A stretch of 64,000 bases of DNA from positions 248,001 through 312,000 of the forward strand of contig CM060732.1 in NCBI GenBank assembly GCA_030704615.1, written 5' to 3'. The position numbers were made by a program, and so were the translations under genes. Below are positions 12,205 through 23,289 of the stretch, one piece after another (position 1 is the first letter of the stretch; every line of letters starts with the position of its first letter). This DNA comes from Takakia lepidozioides. Lineage: Eukaryota; Plantae; Bryophyta. The notes beneath the pieces are model-generated. The model saw only the letters and a list, made by a program, of their open reading frames with translations. It was not told where the DNA came from and searched no databases.

Positions 12205-15200
12205 CCACCATACAATGCCAACCAACACCAACCTTGGCACCTACCCCCTGCCGGATGGTCTCCACAACAGAGTGCACCATGGGGAGCCCCCCCTGCTTTG
12301 GGGTCGTGGCGTTGGCTTCCTGATGCTGGCACGTCACAATGGGGGCCTCCCACATCTCCATACAGCCCTCCCCCCTCCGGCACACATCAGTCACCCCCCC
12401 ACAACGTATGACGGCGCTGCTCCAGAGCATGGGGGCAGGAAACGGTCATCAGAGCTGAGGAAGGAACGACGCCATGCCATGAAACAATGGGAAGAAGATG
12501 GAGAGGGAAGGGTGGCTGCAGGGCTAAAGCGCCACAAGGTGGAGGTGCATGGAAATGGAGTCATCAATGTTGGCTGCGAAGGTAAGCAACACTGGCAGCG
12601 TGATTTGCGTGGCCTGGCATTGCATTACCTTGACTCAAGTGTACAAGACATTGACCAGCAGTCCCAGAGTGCCATGTCAACAGTAATAGAGGGCATAAAT
12701 GGAATGTACGAGTACACACCTATCCCTGCCAATTGTGATTTTATAGTCAAGCAATGTGGGAAGATAATGAAAGGAGAACGAGCAAAACTGAAAGATAAAT
12801 GGGCGAAGACTGGTGTGAGGCCAATGAACACTGAACCCGCCTATTGGGATAAGCTTGTTGCCTACTGGGAGTCCCCTCGTGGACTTGCAAAGGCCGAAGG
12901 GATGAAGCAAGCGCGTGCTTGTGTCACGAACCCCTCGCGTTGGGGTCGGGCAGGAGTTGCAAGCCAAGCAGCCCGTTTGGTAATTTCCCACACCCCCTTC
13001 TCATTGCTCTTACGTTGTGGCATGTTGTGATGGAAGAGACACCCACGAGTGGGTTTTATTCCTTGTGCAGAATTAGTTGTTATGTGATATGCAGGGCAGT
13101 GCTTTGTCCATATGCTCCTGGCATTTTGTACTGATAGTGTGTGGATGGGCAAATACAGCAAAGACGCAAAGCGCGGAGCCCGTCACTGTCCGAGCTCGGG
13201 GCGGAGCAAAAGAACGCTGCGATTGGCACCCCATCAAAGTCTGTTTTGAGCCAGGTATGTTTTGAAGTCCGGTTTCCATTCATGAATCTGTTGTTGTACT
13301 AAGATTTGGTGGGTATGTGGGGCCCCCACGCATGGTACACGAGGGGTGTTATGCCAAACCCAGCCATCTCCGAATGCCTGAAATCCTGCACATTCGGCCT
13401 CTTCTTCTAGTTTTTAACAGTACGGGTGGGTGTTTGTATGCGTAGGGAGCGGGGAACTCAATGGCAGCCCGCATGGGGGCCCTGGAGAGGCTTGTGGCTC
13501 TCTCTGCGGAGCGGGAGAGGGGAATGGAAGCACAACTGAAAAAGATAGTGGAACTCATGATGGGGCAAAAAGGGGGTGTGACGGGTGGCATTATAGAAGA
13601 CCCCCCTGCTGCGACCATTGTACCTGACAATGAGGAAGTAATTGTAGTGGGTAGGGATGTGACCGAGGTCCAGCCTGTTGTTGATGATATTCACAGTGGG
13701 AGGCAGGGTCCACTCGTTGAAGAGGGAGAGGTCCAGCAAGTTGGTGGGGATGACATGGACGATGGGGGGTCATTGCTGATGATGGGGGAAAGGGGAAGCT
13801 GTAGGGGGAGAGGGTGGTAGTTTGCCTGGTCCAGGCTGCAGGGGGACCGAAACTTTGCCCTCCGGGGTGACTATTGTCTCCCAACCCACTGAGGTGAGAC
13901 CCCGTGACACCCCTTCAAAAGCTCCTTTCATTGAAAAGTCGAAACTAATTGTTCTAGACCTGAACGGGATCCTGTGCCACTCTATTCCTAACTTTCAGCC
14001 CAACCCGAGGCGTCATTGGCCATGGGTGTTGACCACCAACAAGTATGTTTTCCCAAGGCCCCAGGTTTGTGAGTTTTTAAACCTTCTCTTCCGGTATTTC
14101 TACGTTGGGATATGGTCATGTGCTTCCAAGGGGAATGTTGCAGACATCTTGAAAGTGGTGATGCAGGGGGTCAAGGGTTCTCCCCTCTTTGTGTGGTCAC
14201 AAGAGGAGTGTGACCCCTTGATAGAGCCACACCCCACAAAAGGGCCTGCCGTACAGAACTTACAGAAGAGACTATCGAGGGTGTGGTCGCAATTTTCTGG
14301 ATTTAACGAATCCAACACCCTCTTAGTGGATGATTCACCACACAAGGGGAGGGGGAACTCCCCTTTGAACATGGTCCATCCATTGTCGTTTGATGTCACT
14401 GGCAATGTCATTGAGGGGCCCGATTCAGACTACCTTTTAGAAACAGTCTGGCCCTACTGCCAAGATTTGTTTTGCTCCAAGGATGTGCGTGTCTTCACAA
14501 GCACCTGGAAGCTGACCCCGATTGGCAGCTTGAATGTGGGAGAGGATGGGGTCGTTGGGGGAAGTGCTTCTGCGCCCATGAAGGTGAAACTAACCTTACT
14601 GTTTGCAACATGACATCGAAGCCAAAAGAGATGTTTGTTTTGTTCCCCCGGATGCCCTCTCACGCAAGGCTGGCACTATATGTTTTGCAGGGACCACAGG
14701 GAGTGGCACTGGGGTCGAATGTGAAGAAGGTGGGTCCTGCGCCAAGGACCATAGTGCTATGGCGCCAGCATTCCGGATCTGCCCCCCGGCATGAGGAGGC
14801 AGCGCCCAAGGTATGGTTGTTCCCAGCCCCTCTCCGCAAACTTACTTGGTTGGTTTCCTTTATGGATACACTTCCTGAAGCGTTGCAATGTGTATTCATT
14901 GCAGGTGAGCAAGAGGAGTGGGCTGTCCCCGGCACCATCATCGCAGCAGGACGTGGTTCCCCAGGCATGCATTCATGGTTCCTTGCTTTGCCTGGTTTCT
15001 AGTAGGGTTATTTTTGCCAGGAAGTTGTAGTGTGCAGGGTCTGAGCATGGTGTTTGTTAGCTTGCTCCGTGGAGGTGTGTTTATACCATTGCAGCCACCA
15101 GAGTTCATGTTATTCTTATCCGTCTAACTAAACCTCTTTTTGTTGCTGCAATTGAAGACACGTGGGCAGCTTTCCTCAGTTGCCACCCTCAGCGACGAGC

Positions 15201-15631
15201 CTCGCTTCAAGGTACGTTGGTACACCGTGAATTTGCTGCTGATTCAGTATCGTGGCAACCAAGATCGTTTCCATGCCCTGCTGCGCTTGACTTTCACCCT
15301 ATCATTCCTATGTTTGTTGCTGAGTGGACCCTAATGTTGGTGTCTGCAGATATCAGATCTTGTGTTTCTCCTTAACCCCAATGACAAGCGGTCAAAGACA
15401 GCCGCCGCAAAGGCGGAAGTGGTGGGAATAGCCGGGGTTGACAAGTTCCACTGCAAGGACATTCGTTCCGGGTGGTACAAGGTGAAAGTCCACGAGATCA
15501 TGCTTCCAAGTGTTACATTGCCTTGCCCAAATGTGGACGATGCCCCCCCCCAGACCACACTAGCGCACGTGAAAGGCACGGTGACTTTGTGGCCAGAGAA
15601 GAGTATGAGGAAAGGTGAAAGTATCAAGTGA
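12205..15631 (+). pseudogene. CACTA TnpA-like gene (multi-exon)
   Basis: Ptta/En/Spm-like exon (ERAKLK...YWDKLVAYWES...MKQARACVTNPSRWGRAG, then GT donor ~12980), coiled-coil exon from 13446, and Tnp1-like last exon 15350-15631 (GWYKVKVHEIMLPSVTLPCPN...TLAHVKGTVTLWP). Confidence 0.75.
13822..14613 (+). CDS. FCP1/SCP (NIF) HAD-superfamily phosphatase-like domain captured in the CACTA
   Basis: KLIVLDLNGIL (motif I), RPQVCEFL, VGIWSCAS, FVWSQEEC, KRLSRVW, NTLLVDDSPHK (motif IV). Confidence 0.88.
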   Translation: MPGPGCRGTETLPSGVTIVSQPTEVRPRDTPSKAPFIEKSKLIVLDLNGILCHSIPNFQPNPRRHWPWVLTTNKYVFPRPQVCEFLNLLFRYFYVGIWSCASKGNVADILKVVMQGVKGSPLFVWSQEECDPLIEPHPTKGPAVQNLQKRLSRVWSQFSGFNESNTLLVDDSPHKGRGNSPLNMVHPLSFDVTGNVIEGPDSDYLLETVWPYCQDLFCSKDVRVFTSTWKLTPIGSLNVGEDGVVGGSASAPMKVKLTLLFAT

Positions 15632-16757
15632 GATTTCATGTTTGTAGTCCCTATTGGGTGTGTAATGATACTCATAGAAGTGTGTATGATACTCATGTTA
15701 CCAGTTTTGAATATTTGGGCCATGACAATTTATGTGATGTCCGGCAACCATGTATGTTGGCATTTTGTCTTGCTCATATGCAGGTGTGCCGTGACGGTCT
15801 CTTATTTGAATGTAATATCACATTTTCCTGACTTGTCGTTGTGTCCATCCACCTTCTATGTGTATGTGTGATGGTCTTTGGTCTCCCTGGACTACGTCTA
15901 TTTGGTTCATTAGCGTGATGTTGTGCATGCATCGTGGTCTGTGTTCTGAGTCTCGCCCAATATCAATGCTTCTCAATTCTCCCTGCATATGGGTGAACCA
16001 CTAAAACCACTAGAATGCATCAGAACCATACTTTCAGCTTAGAATGCAAGTCATTTGGACAACTCACACAAACCACTACAAGTGCTCGTTTGCAGTGCTT
16101 TCCTACTGTAGTGCAACCAACTAGCACAGTGGCAGCGGAATTGGCCAAAGCAGTCCCGAGATGGCACAAGCACTCTGCGTCTTTCCACTAGCAGTCATAC
16201 CCCTCACTGCCATTGCATGGGGACGACGCCACGCGTCGATCCACACACTCTCCACGTGGTCCCCGTGGATTTGTCTGCCGGCAGTTGTGCGGTCGACTTC
16301 GCCAGTCGCTGTTGCCACGTGACATGCAGCACTCCAAGTTATGTGGCCGACTGCGATGTGGCGTCTTGGGCCCGTGGCCACGCGGCAGCATTGCCGCTTG
16401 TCGTGGTGCCGCCACATCGGCAACCACGTCCGCATCCACGTCCGCGTCCATGTGTCACCGCGCCCGGGTGAGTCAGTCCACTCATCCGGAGGGAGAAGTC
16501 AAAGTCAGCCCAAAAGGTCAGACACACGGGTGGCCGGCCTTGTTACGCCACGTGGTTCTTCAGCATTAATCGCATTAATTGCTGAGCAGTTGTTTGCGCG
16601 TCTACGTCCTTTACCACTCCAATCATTGGATGTCCAACCTAACTACCACGTCTGTTGTAACTAGTCGTTTCTAACTTCCAGTCGATCCTATTTTTTTGAC
16701 TTTTACGACTCAAAATAGTCGTTACCCCAGTGGTAAATGACACGAATGCTTCTAGTA

Positions 16758-18730
16758 CGTCTACCTGTCTCAGCTGCTGCCAACTCTTTCCTTATCCTTC
16801 TGTCCTCCCTAGCCCTCTCCAAAATCTGCTCTATTTTACTGGGATTCTCACATCGTCTAATCGCTGTATTTGCGAGTTTAGCTGCATAACTAGGAAGGGA
16901 GTAGTCCTTCACCGGGCTCTTCATGAAGTCGGCCCTCGCAAAGAACGGGACATTTGTCCTGGCAAGAAGTGTAGGCCCTACATTTTTCGACCCGGATCCT
17001 GGAATCCTGCACATAACAATCACCCACGAGACCAATGAGAACCACAGTCCGGAAATGCGTTTGACAAAAAATCACCAAGAAGGCTTTGCAAACTTACAAT
17101 GTTTGCACTCACTCGTATTACGGGTTCTCCTCGGCATCAATGTCCACTGTCTCTTCCTCCGAGTCCGACAAATCCGAGGAATCTTTGGCTTTGATGGGAG
17201 CCTTCACATTCCGTTAAAGCCCTTCCAGATGGGATCCCCAGACGGATGTGTCCTCCTCGTAGGCAAAGAGGTGCCGGTCAGAAAATTGCCCAGCCCACAT
17301 TGAGGCACCTGTTACAATGCCATCCACTCATTGAAAAATGGCCCTTCACACATGGCGAATTTGAACAGAATGAGAATTCACAGAACAGCATAGTACAAGA
17401 ATCTGCATACCTGTTCCACAGATGAGGTCCAACACTCTGCCCTCTAGATCAGTGCATGCCTCCGTAATTGTTTGGATGAAGGCGGGGCTCCGAGTCCGTG
17501 AATACCGCAGGGGATCCGTTGAAGTGAGACTATGGGGGAGGAGTTCCGTGAGAACGTTGTTGAACAGGACGTCGTAATCGATGGGGTTGCAGTTCAGGTC
17601 AACCAACGATCCCTCCTTCCGGAAAGCAAAGGTCGAGTTCTCCTTCATAAAGTAGTATGCATCGAACTGCTTCGTCTGCATACACAGTGGGGAACGATTA
17701 GAAATCGAATGCGGCACCGCATTTCAAAACATGTTACAAAATGAAAGGACGATTGCTAATGTCCTAATTACCTTCTTCCCTTCCGACCGAAGGCCCAATG
17801 TGTTGATGCACGTCCACTTCTTCTTCAGAATTGGGACAGCGCTCTTGCGGTCCACTTCGCAATTCTTGTCTCTGTTTTTTTGCCTCTGCTCACCAGGACA
17901 ACCACACAGCCTCTGTCGTCCAACACCATGCGGGCAAGCCCGAATCCTTTCTTCCAAAAGTCCTCGGAGTACCTGTTCCAAGATGGCAAACCTTGCAGTC
18001 CTTCCACAAGCTCTCCGTCCGGAATATCCAAGATGATCATATCGCAAGACCACTTGGTGGCTTTTCCGCCCCTCCTGCAATCATTCCCTGCACACACCTT
18101 CTCAAAGAAAGAGACCATCTTCAGAAACCCAGAGGTGTTGGAAGGCTCTGCTTCAGCCGCCTTCTTCAGGGCTCTGCCCTTCAGACCCTCCATGGTCTTG
18201 ATGTATGCCAACTTGGCTGCCAGTCCGTCCAAAGCCGCCAAGAAACTCTCATTGACACACTGAACTACTGTTTCTGGCTCCACTTTTCGGCCTCGTCATT
18301 TCCCCACCGGCTCGAAAGGGTGCCCCCCCGGGGGGTTGAAGAGTGGCTTCTTGGCTGAGCCTGTTCTCGTCCCTCTCGTGACAACGGTGGGCACAGGGGA
18401 TTTCGGCTGCATTTCAGGGGGTGGGCTGGTTGCAAAGTCTCCATCGGAGTCCTCTTCGTCACCCTCTTCCTGCTCTTTCTGTTTCTGCTTCTTTGTCTTC
18501 TTGGGTGTCACAACTGCTGCTCCTTGCTGGCAAGTCCTCTTCTTCGACCCCTTCTGTTGAGCCTGCACAGCTGCATCCACCGTCTTCTGTGCCATCTCAG
18601 CTGCCTTTCTGGATTGTTCCAGAAGCAGCAGAGCAGCGTCCTTTGCCGACTCAGGCTCAGCACGGACACGTCTTTCCTTTCTCTTCTCAATCCGTTTTCC
18701 CGTGCAGATCTTTCTCCGATTCGTCAACAA
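16758..18730 (-). pseudogene. Beta-class amino (N6-A/N4-C) DNA methyltransferase-like gene, copy 1, spliced
   Basis: DMIILDIPDG (motif IV-like, 18017-18028), ARMVLDDRGCVVVLV, RTRSPAFIQTITEACTDLEGRVLDLICGTG/ASMWAGQFSDRHLFAYEED (motifs X, I, II). GT-AG introns 17676-17771 and 17309-17410 restore the frame. One frameshift near 17850 and a TAA stop near 17215. The 3' part continues at 2978-3007 beyond the CACTA. Confidence 0.75.
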
Positions 18731-18951
18731 GTCCGCCAGACATGTCTAGGTACCACGGGCATCCAACGAGATGCGCGGCATGCCATTGTTTCTGCATCTC
18801 TGGTAGGTAGACACAGCTTGGTCCCAGGCACGGTCCAAGCCATGAAAAACGGGGGCTCTTGCGTATTTCATATACCTGCAAGACAGTCAACATGCGTGAG
18901 CACAAGTTATGAGAATGTACTCGTAGAGTGCAACCGAAACGATAAAGTGTG

Positions 18952-19292
18952 AATGCTACCACAAGATGAAGAGCCATTCATCTTCCCATCGCAAGTTGAG
19001 CAAGTTTTCTTTTCAGATGACATCCATGCGTCGGGATGGAAGGGGGTTCTTCACAAGGACCCCCGGGCCAAACGAGTCGTTGCCGACGTCCATGATCTGG
19101 ACCTAGGGGAGAATGCCGACCACGAGGGTCTGAGGGAACCACGAAATCTACCAGATACGGCCGAACCAGTCTCTTTGGAAGGAGCAGTTACCTTTAATGA
19201 GGAAGACATTCCAGGGTTGGTAATTACCGCCAGGCAAATTGCAGATGTGGGTAGTGAAGGGGAAGATTATTTGGATACGGATAGTGAGCCCA
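18952..19292 (+). repeat. Inverted near-identical duplicate of the CACTA transposase 3' end (4085-4424)
   Basis: MLPQDEEPFIFPSQVEQVFF...LDTDSEP is essentially identical at DNA level to the reverse complement of 4085-4424. Confidence 0.92.
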
Positions 19293-19519
19293 GACAAGAT
19301 GGCTAGTTCTGTGTCCCAGTGGGAAGGGTCCTACTGCACATTCCAGCATTTGCATACTGCACCTTGTGCAAACAGCAATCCATACAACAAAAGACACGTC
19401 CCAGCATACTGGCAGTGAATTGCAAAAAACCTTAACAGAAGATTATCCAAGCATGTATATTCCCCAATGGCACAGGGAAGCTGCTTGATTTCTGAATGAA
19501 AATGTATGTGCCATGAGTG

Positions 19520-20107
19520 TCGGCGAGTCGAAAATGTCTATTCTAGCATGCAAGACCTATGGTCCCTCGCCCAAGAAGAAGGAACTCTAATTGGCCTCTC
19601 AAGGACCTCCTGAGTGACCGGCGTGCCTATATTTGAACAAAATGTCAGTGGTTTCTGTCGCCCGGTTGAAACTAACGAGGATGTCGTGTTTATCGATAGC
19701 GCCCCTTGGTAGAAGGACATTTTCACAGTGGGCCTGTTTCCCCTCCTCCTCATCCTCATAACTGAAGAGAATGTCCCACTTTCCGAGTCAGTCCGTCCAC
19801 GCGTAAAGTTTTCAACCTATGCACTCATCATACGTCCACTCGCAACAATTCCAGCGATACAGCAACGCGTGTGCGTGATCTGTTCGGCTCCCACTCATGC
19901 GGAAAGTCCAGGTCCATGATGTGTAGGAACCACCGGCTCCCCAGCCGGGGTCCAGGAGAATCGTGCAATCCGGGAAGAAAACTCCATTGCTCTCAGCTGG
20001 ACAAGTCGAGGACGTCCCTGTAAACATCCAGGGAAAACAATGATGTCGTGTGCTTCGGGAAAATGACTCCCGTCTGGGCGTCGATAGATGTGATTCGGGC
20101 ACGACAT
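19520..20107 (-). pseudogene. Unknown ~190-aa ORF family, frameshifted copy
   Basis: Motifs HDIIVF, LRAMEF, LHIMDLDFP, LLYRWNCCEW, GAIDKHDILVS are colinear with the ORFs at 56440-57174 and 57558-58136. Confidence 0.7.
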
Positions 20108-20229
20108 GGCCTCACGACCATTAGCACAAACTCAAAGCAGAGGAGGAGATGGGCACAACAGAGAAGAGTGAAGAGCAAAATGAGAGCAAGGCCTCCCTTA
20201 CCGTAAGGCGGGGGTATTTGCTTCCGGAG

Positions 20230-20700
20230 CCCAATTTTGGCGCCGTTATTTGGATGGAGTGCGGAAGCTTCAGCCGAGAATTTTGTTTCCGCAGGTCAAT
20301 TTCGGCGCCGTTATTGGTTGCAATCCCTAGCCTTCAGCGGGTATGGTATTTGGGTTCTGGACCCAATTTCGGCGCGTTATCGGCTGCACTCCGTGGCTTC
20401 AAACCGAGTATTTGGTTTGCGGGCCCATTTCGGTGCCGTTATCGCCTGACTCCGGGTTATTGGGTGGGGAGCCCAATTACTTTCACCGTTGTTGGCTTCA
20501 CTCCCGAGCCTTCAGCCGGCTATTTCTTTTCCTGTGCCCAATTACGGCGCCGTTATACCCAACCATCATGCACTTCTGCAACAGTACTATCCACGGTTAT
20601 AGGTCGCCATTGCATTTTCGGAGTCTGCAACCCGGATCCTAATTCCGTTGGTCTCTGCCTCTGGGATAATTTCGGTGCCGTTATTGCCCAGAATTCAGTT
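20230..20700. repeat. Dispersed array of AATTTCGGCGCCGTTATT-type imperfect palindromes
   Basis: About 7 copies between the small ORF and the terminus at 20924. Confidence 0.75.
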
Positions 20701-20724
20701 TTTCTATGACCTGGCATAGCGGTC

Positions 20725-20924
20725 CATGAGCCTGGGCTCCAAGTCATGAGCGTACAATGGTAACTCATGAGCGGAGTGCTTCCAGCATGAGCGCGGGAAA
20801 ATCTTCGATTTTTGATTATTTATAGTTTGGGCCTGAAAAAAATCTGCCAAAATTCAAAGTGTGTTACTTTGCGGCTCATGGGTGAGCCATGCCCGCTCAT
20901 GAGCTCATGGAATAGCAACCCCCG
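20725..20924 (-). mobile_element. Putative transposon terminus (CCGGGGG..CTATT(T/C)CATGAGC type) with CATGAGC repeats
   Basis: Reverse complement reads CCGGGGGTTGCTATTCCATGAGCTCATGAGCGG, homologous to termini at ~33913, ~56107 and ~59494. Confidence 0.65.
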
Positions 20925-21279
20925 GAATTGGGATGCGGGACCGCATTCCCGTTCAGCCATGTGCAATGGGTTGCATTGTTCAGAAACAACACAATTGCGG
21001 CCTGTCTTAATGAGAACAACTTGTTTGGAGGATTACCTAGTTATGAGCATGAGCGGCATGAGCGGAGAGTAGAGTAGAGAGTAAATAGTAAGACAATCGG
21101 TCTTCATGAGCAGCAGTACAAATTTCAAAAATAAAAAAAACAATAAAAAACATTAATTTAATGCACTGTTAGGAAAAAACAAAATATATTGGCCCTTGAA
21201 GGAAAATTGTAGTTTTGACAGTTGTGCTCATGATATTTCGTCTTCCGCTCATGCCAATTCCCAGCGACATGTGCAAATA

Positions 21280-21535
21280 TGGCGTCCCCAACTTGCTTCC
21301 ACTTTAAATCCAGAGGTCACAGGAACGAGACCGATTGGACGGGCACAGCCATCAACCATTTCGAGCTCAGGAGAAGGTTCCGAAGTCCACATTTAAGTGT
21401 GCGCAATTGCAAGAACCACCACACTGCATGTCTGGTTGTAATGCCAAGCAGTTCTCTGTGTTGCACCGTTTCCCTGACCTCACCCGAGCTTGCATACACG
21501 GTGGTTCTCATTGTCACAAATTGGCGAGGGGGAGG
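21280..21535 (+). pseudogene. Fragment of GCM-like domain of MULE transposase (inverted relative to its neighbour)
   Basis: RNETDWTG...FKCA...CMSGCNAKQF...PDLTRACIHGGSHCHKLARG matches 47280-47490. Confidence 0.8.
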
Positions 21536-21649
21536 GAAAAAAAAGGCGCCGAATTACCTGTCATGAGGGGACCTATAGCTGCGGAATTCGACATCATTTT
21601 GCGCCAGAAGAGACCTATTACGCGAAATACGTCGCCGTTTTTTCAGGTT

Positions 21650-22016
21650 ACGGACGCAACGCGCCCCACAAACAACGTAGCGCACCCGCACACCATCGAG
21701 ACTCTTCATGCTGTTGGTTTTGGTAAGGCACCAAGGATGACCGTCATGTTTTCTATCCATATCTGTCAAACATCCGAACGACCTCGAGTACTCCGCCCGA
21801 GGAAGGAACTCAAAGAAGATATTACCGTCGATCGTCGGCGGGAAGGCATGTAACAATTTAATTGCGAACTTGCGAAACATGCCTGATCTCCAGGACGACC
21901 TCGGAACTTCCATGACCTCGTCTGAGTTGGACAGGTTGTGAACAACCCGGTTCTCGCTCGTCTTCATGGATGGGTTCGGCTCTGGATTTACTTCGTTGCG
22001 ACTTATTCTTTTGAGG
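21650..22016 (-). pseudogene. Fragment of MULE transposase N-terminus, interrupted by the solo LTR
   Basis: FPPTIDGNIFFEF...MDRKHDGHPWCLTKT...DGVRVRYVVCG matches 47030-47225. Confidence 0.8.
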
Positions 22017-22021
22017 TAGCC

Positions 22022-22746
22022 TGTCGCGGCCCTTTGCCTTGAGGGCAGGGGAGGTCGGGACACAAGAGGGGCTGCCCTGTGGTGGGGGGCAGTAGCAGCG
22101 ATAGGTACGAGGGATGAAGCACCCTGAGTGCCCAGGCATCAGGAGGCGGAGGCGCTCACTAGGTGGAGTCCCGCACACCGGGTTGCGGTGGGGTGGTTCC
22201 ACAAGGGGTGGTGGTAGCTTAGCAGGACAGTGGGGGCTGGCATAGGACTCACCATGGGGTGGAGACCTCGAGGTGGGAGTCATGGGAAGTCTTGGGGACT
22301 CATCACGGGCCATTGGGACCGCGGTGAGTGGGCCAAGACTCACCGCGACTCACCACGGGAATCGAGGGTCTCGTGGTGGTTCGCCATAAAATGGGCAGGT
22401 GGTTGGCGTTGTGAAACCCAGCGGGAAAGCTACAGAAGTATATATAGGGAGTAGTAACCCCGAGAACGGTGCAAGCCCGTTGGTGACCAAAAACTAGTGA
22501 GTCAGCGAGCGAGCCGGAAAGCGACCAAAGAGTGGGGAGCTGTTCCGGATTGCCATCTACCAAAGGGAATTCTCCTAGTCCCAATTAGGTGGAGGGTTTA
22601 GTGGGAAGCAAAGGGGGGACCGTTATGTCCCGGTGAGCAGCCGAAGCTCCAAGTTGGCCCGGGCGGCCAGGTTGGGAGTCAGGCGCGCGCATCAAAGCGA
22701 GTAACTATGACTTGAAGGGGAGCTTACCGAAGTGAGGTGCGTGACA
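22022..22746 (+). mobile_element. Solo LTR of the chromovirus family
   Basis: TGTCGCGG...GCGTGACA ends, 5-bp TSD TAGCC on both sides (22017-22021, 22747-22751). Homologous to LTR 34175-34903 but more diverged. Confidence 0.96.
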
Positions 22747-23289
22747 TAGCCACTCTCTGATTCGCAGATTGTTTCGTGGAAGGCGCCAGGATAGAAGGTG
22801 CATTTGGCGGGCAAATGAAGTCCCCAACAGCCCTGTATATGATGTTGTCCGATGGTGGAACTCGTCATTCCCTGCCATCGCCGAAATCATCGTGGAGCAC
22901 AACAATACTCTCGACAACAAGGCCGTTTGAGTCCTTCCTTTCCTCCTCCAAAAAAACCGACCCCGGTTTCAGGTGGTATCGAACGCACAGATTTTTCTCC
23001 ATCACCCGGCAGATGTCCCCTCTGCACGGAAATGAAGCTCTATGCTCGTGAGGAGGGCAGTACACTGTAGCGCTTGGGGTTTCCGCCATGGGAGATGTGC
23101 ACACAAGACTGCCAGGATGGCGTGCAGGGAAGCTCCCTGGTAGAAGGGGGATAGCGATGGGAAGGAATGCGGTGCCGATTTGTCCGAACGACGAAGCCTG
23201 ATCCAAATCCAGGGAGCCAACTATCTCAAAAATCCAGAGTCAAAGCGTTAATGAACCTTGTCTCCGGAATGCGGCCCCTGGTCTTTGCG

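Larger units (their letters stand above)
3008..16757. mobile_element. Complete CACTA (En/Spm) DNA transposon, ~13.75 kb
   Basis: Left TIR CACTAGAAGCATTCGTGTC (3008-3026); right TIR GACACGAATGCTTCTAGTA (16739-16757, terminal G>A). 3-bp TSD CGT at 3005-3007 and 16758-16760. The flanks rejoin to match the empty site at ~59313-59350. Confidence 0.95.

Noticed and set aside
22865-23206. ORF possibly related to 34001-34165 (shared VESIV)
   Set aside because: Similarity too short to support homology.
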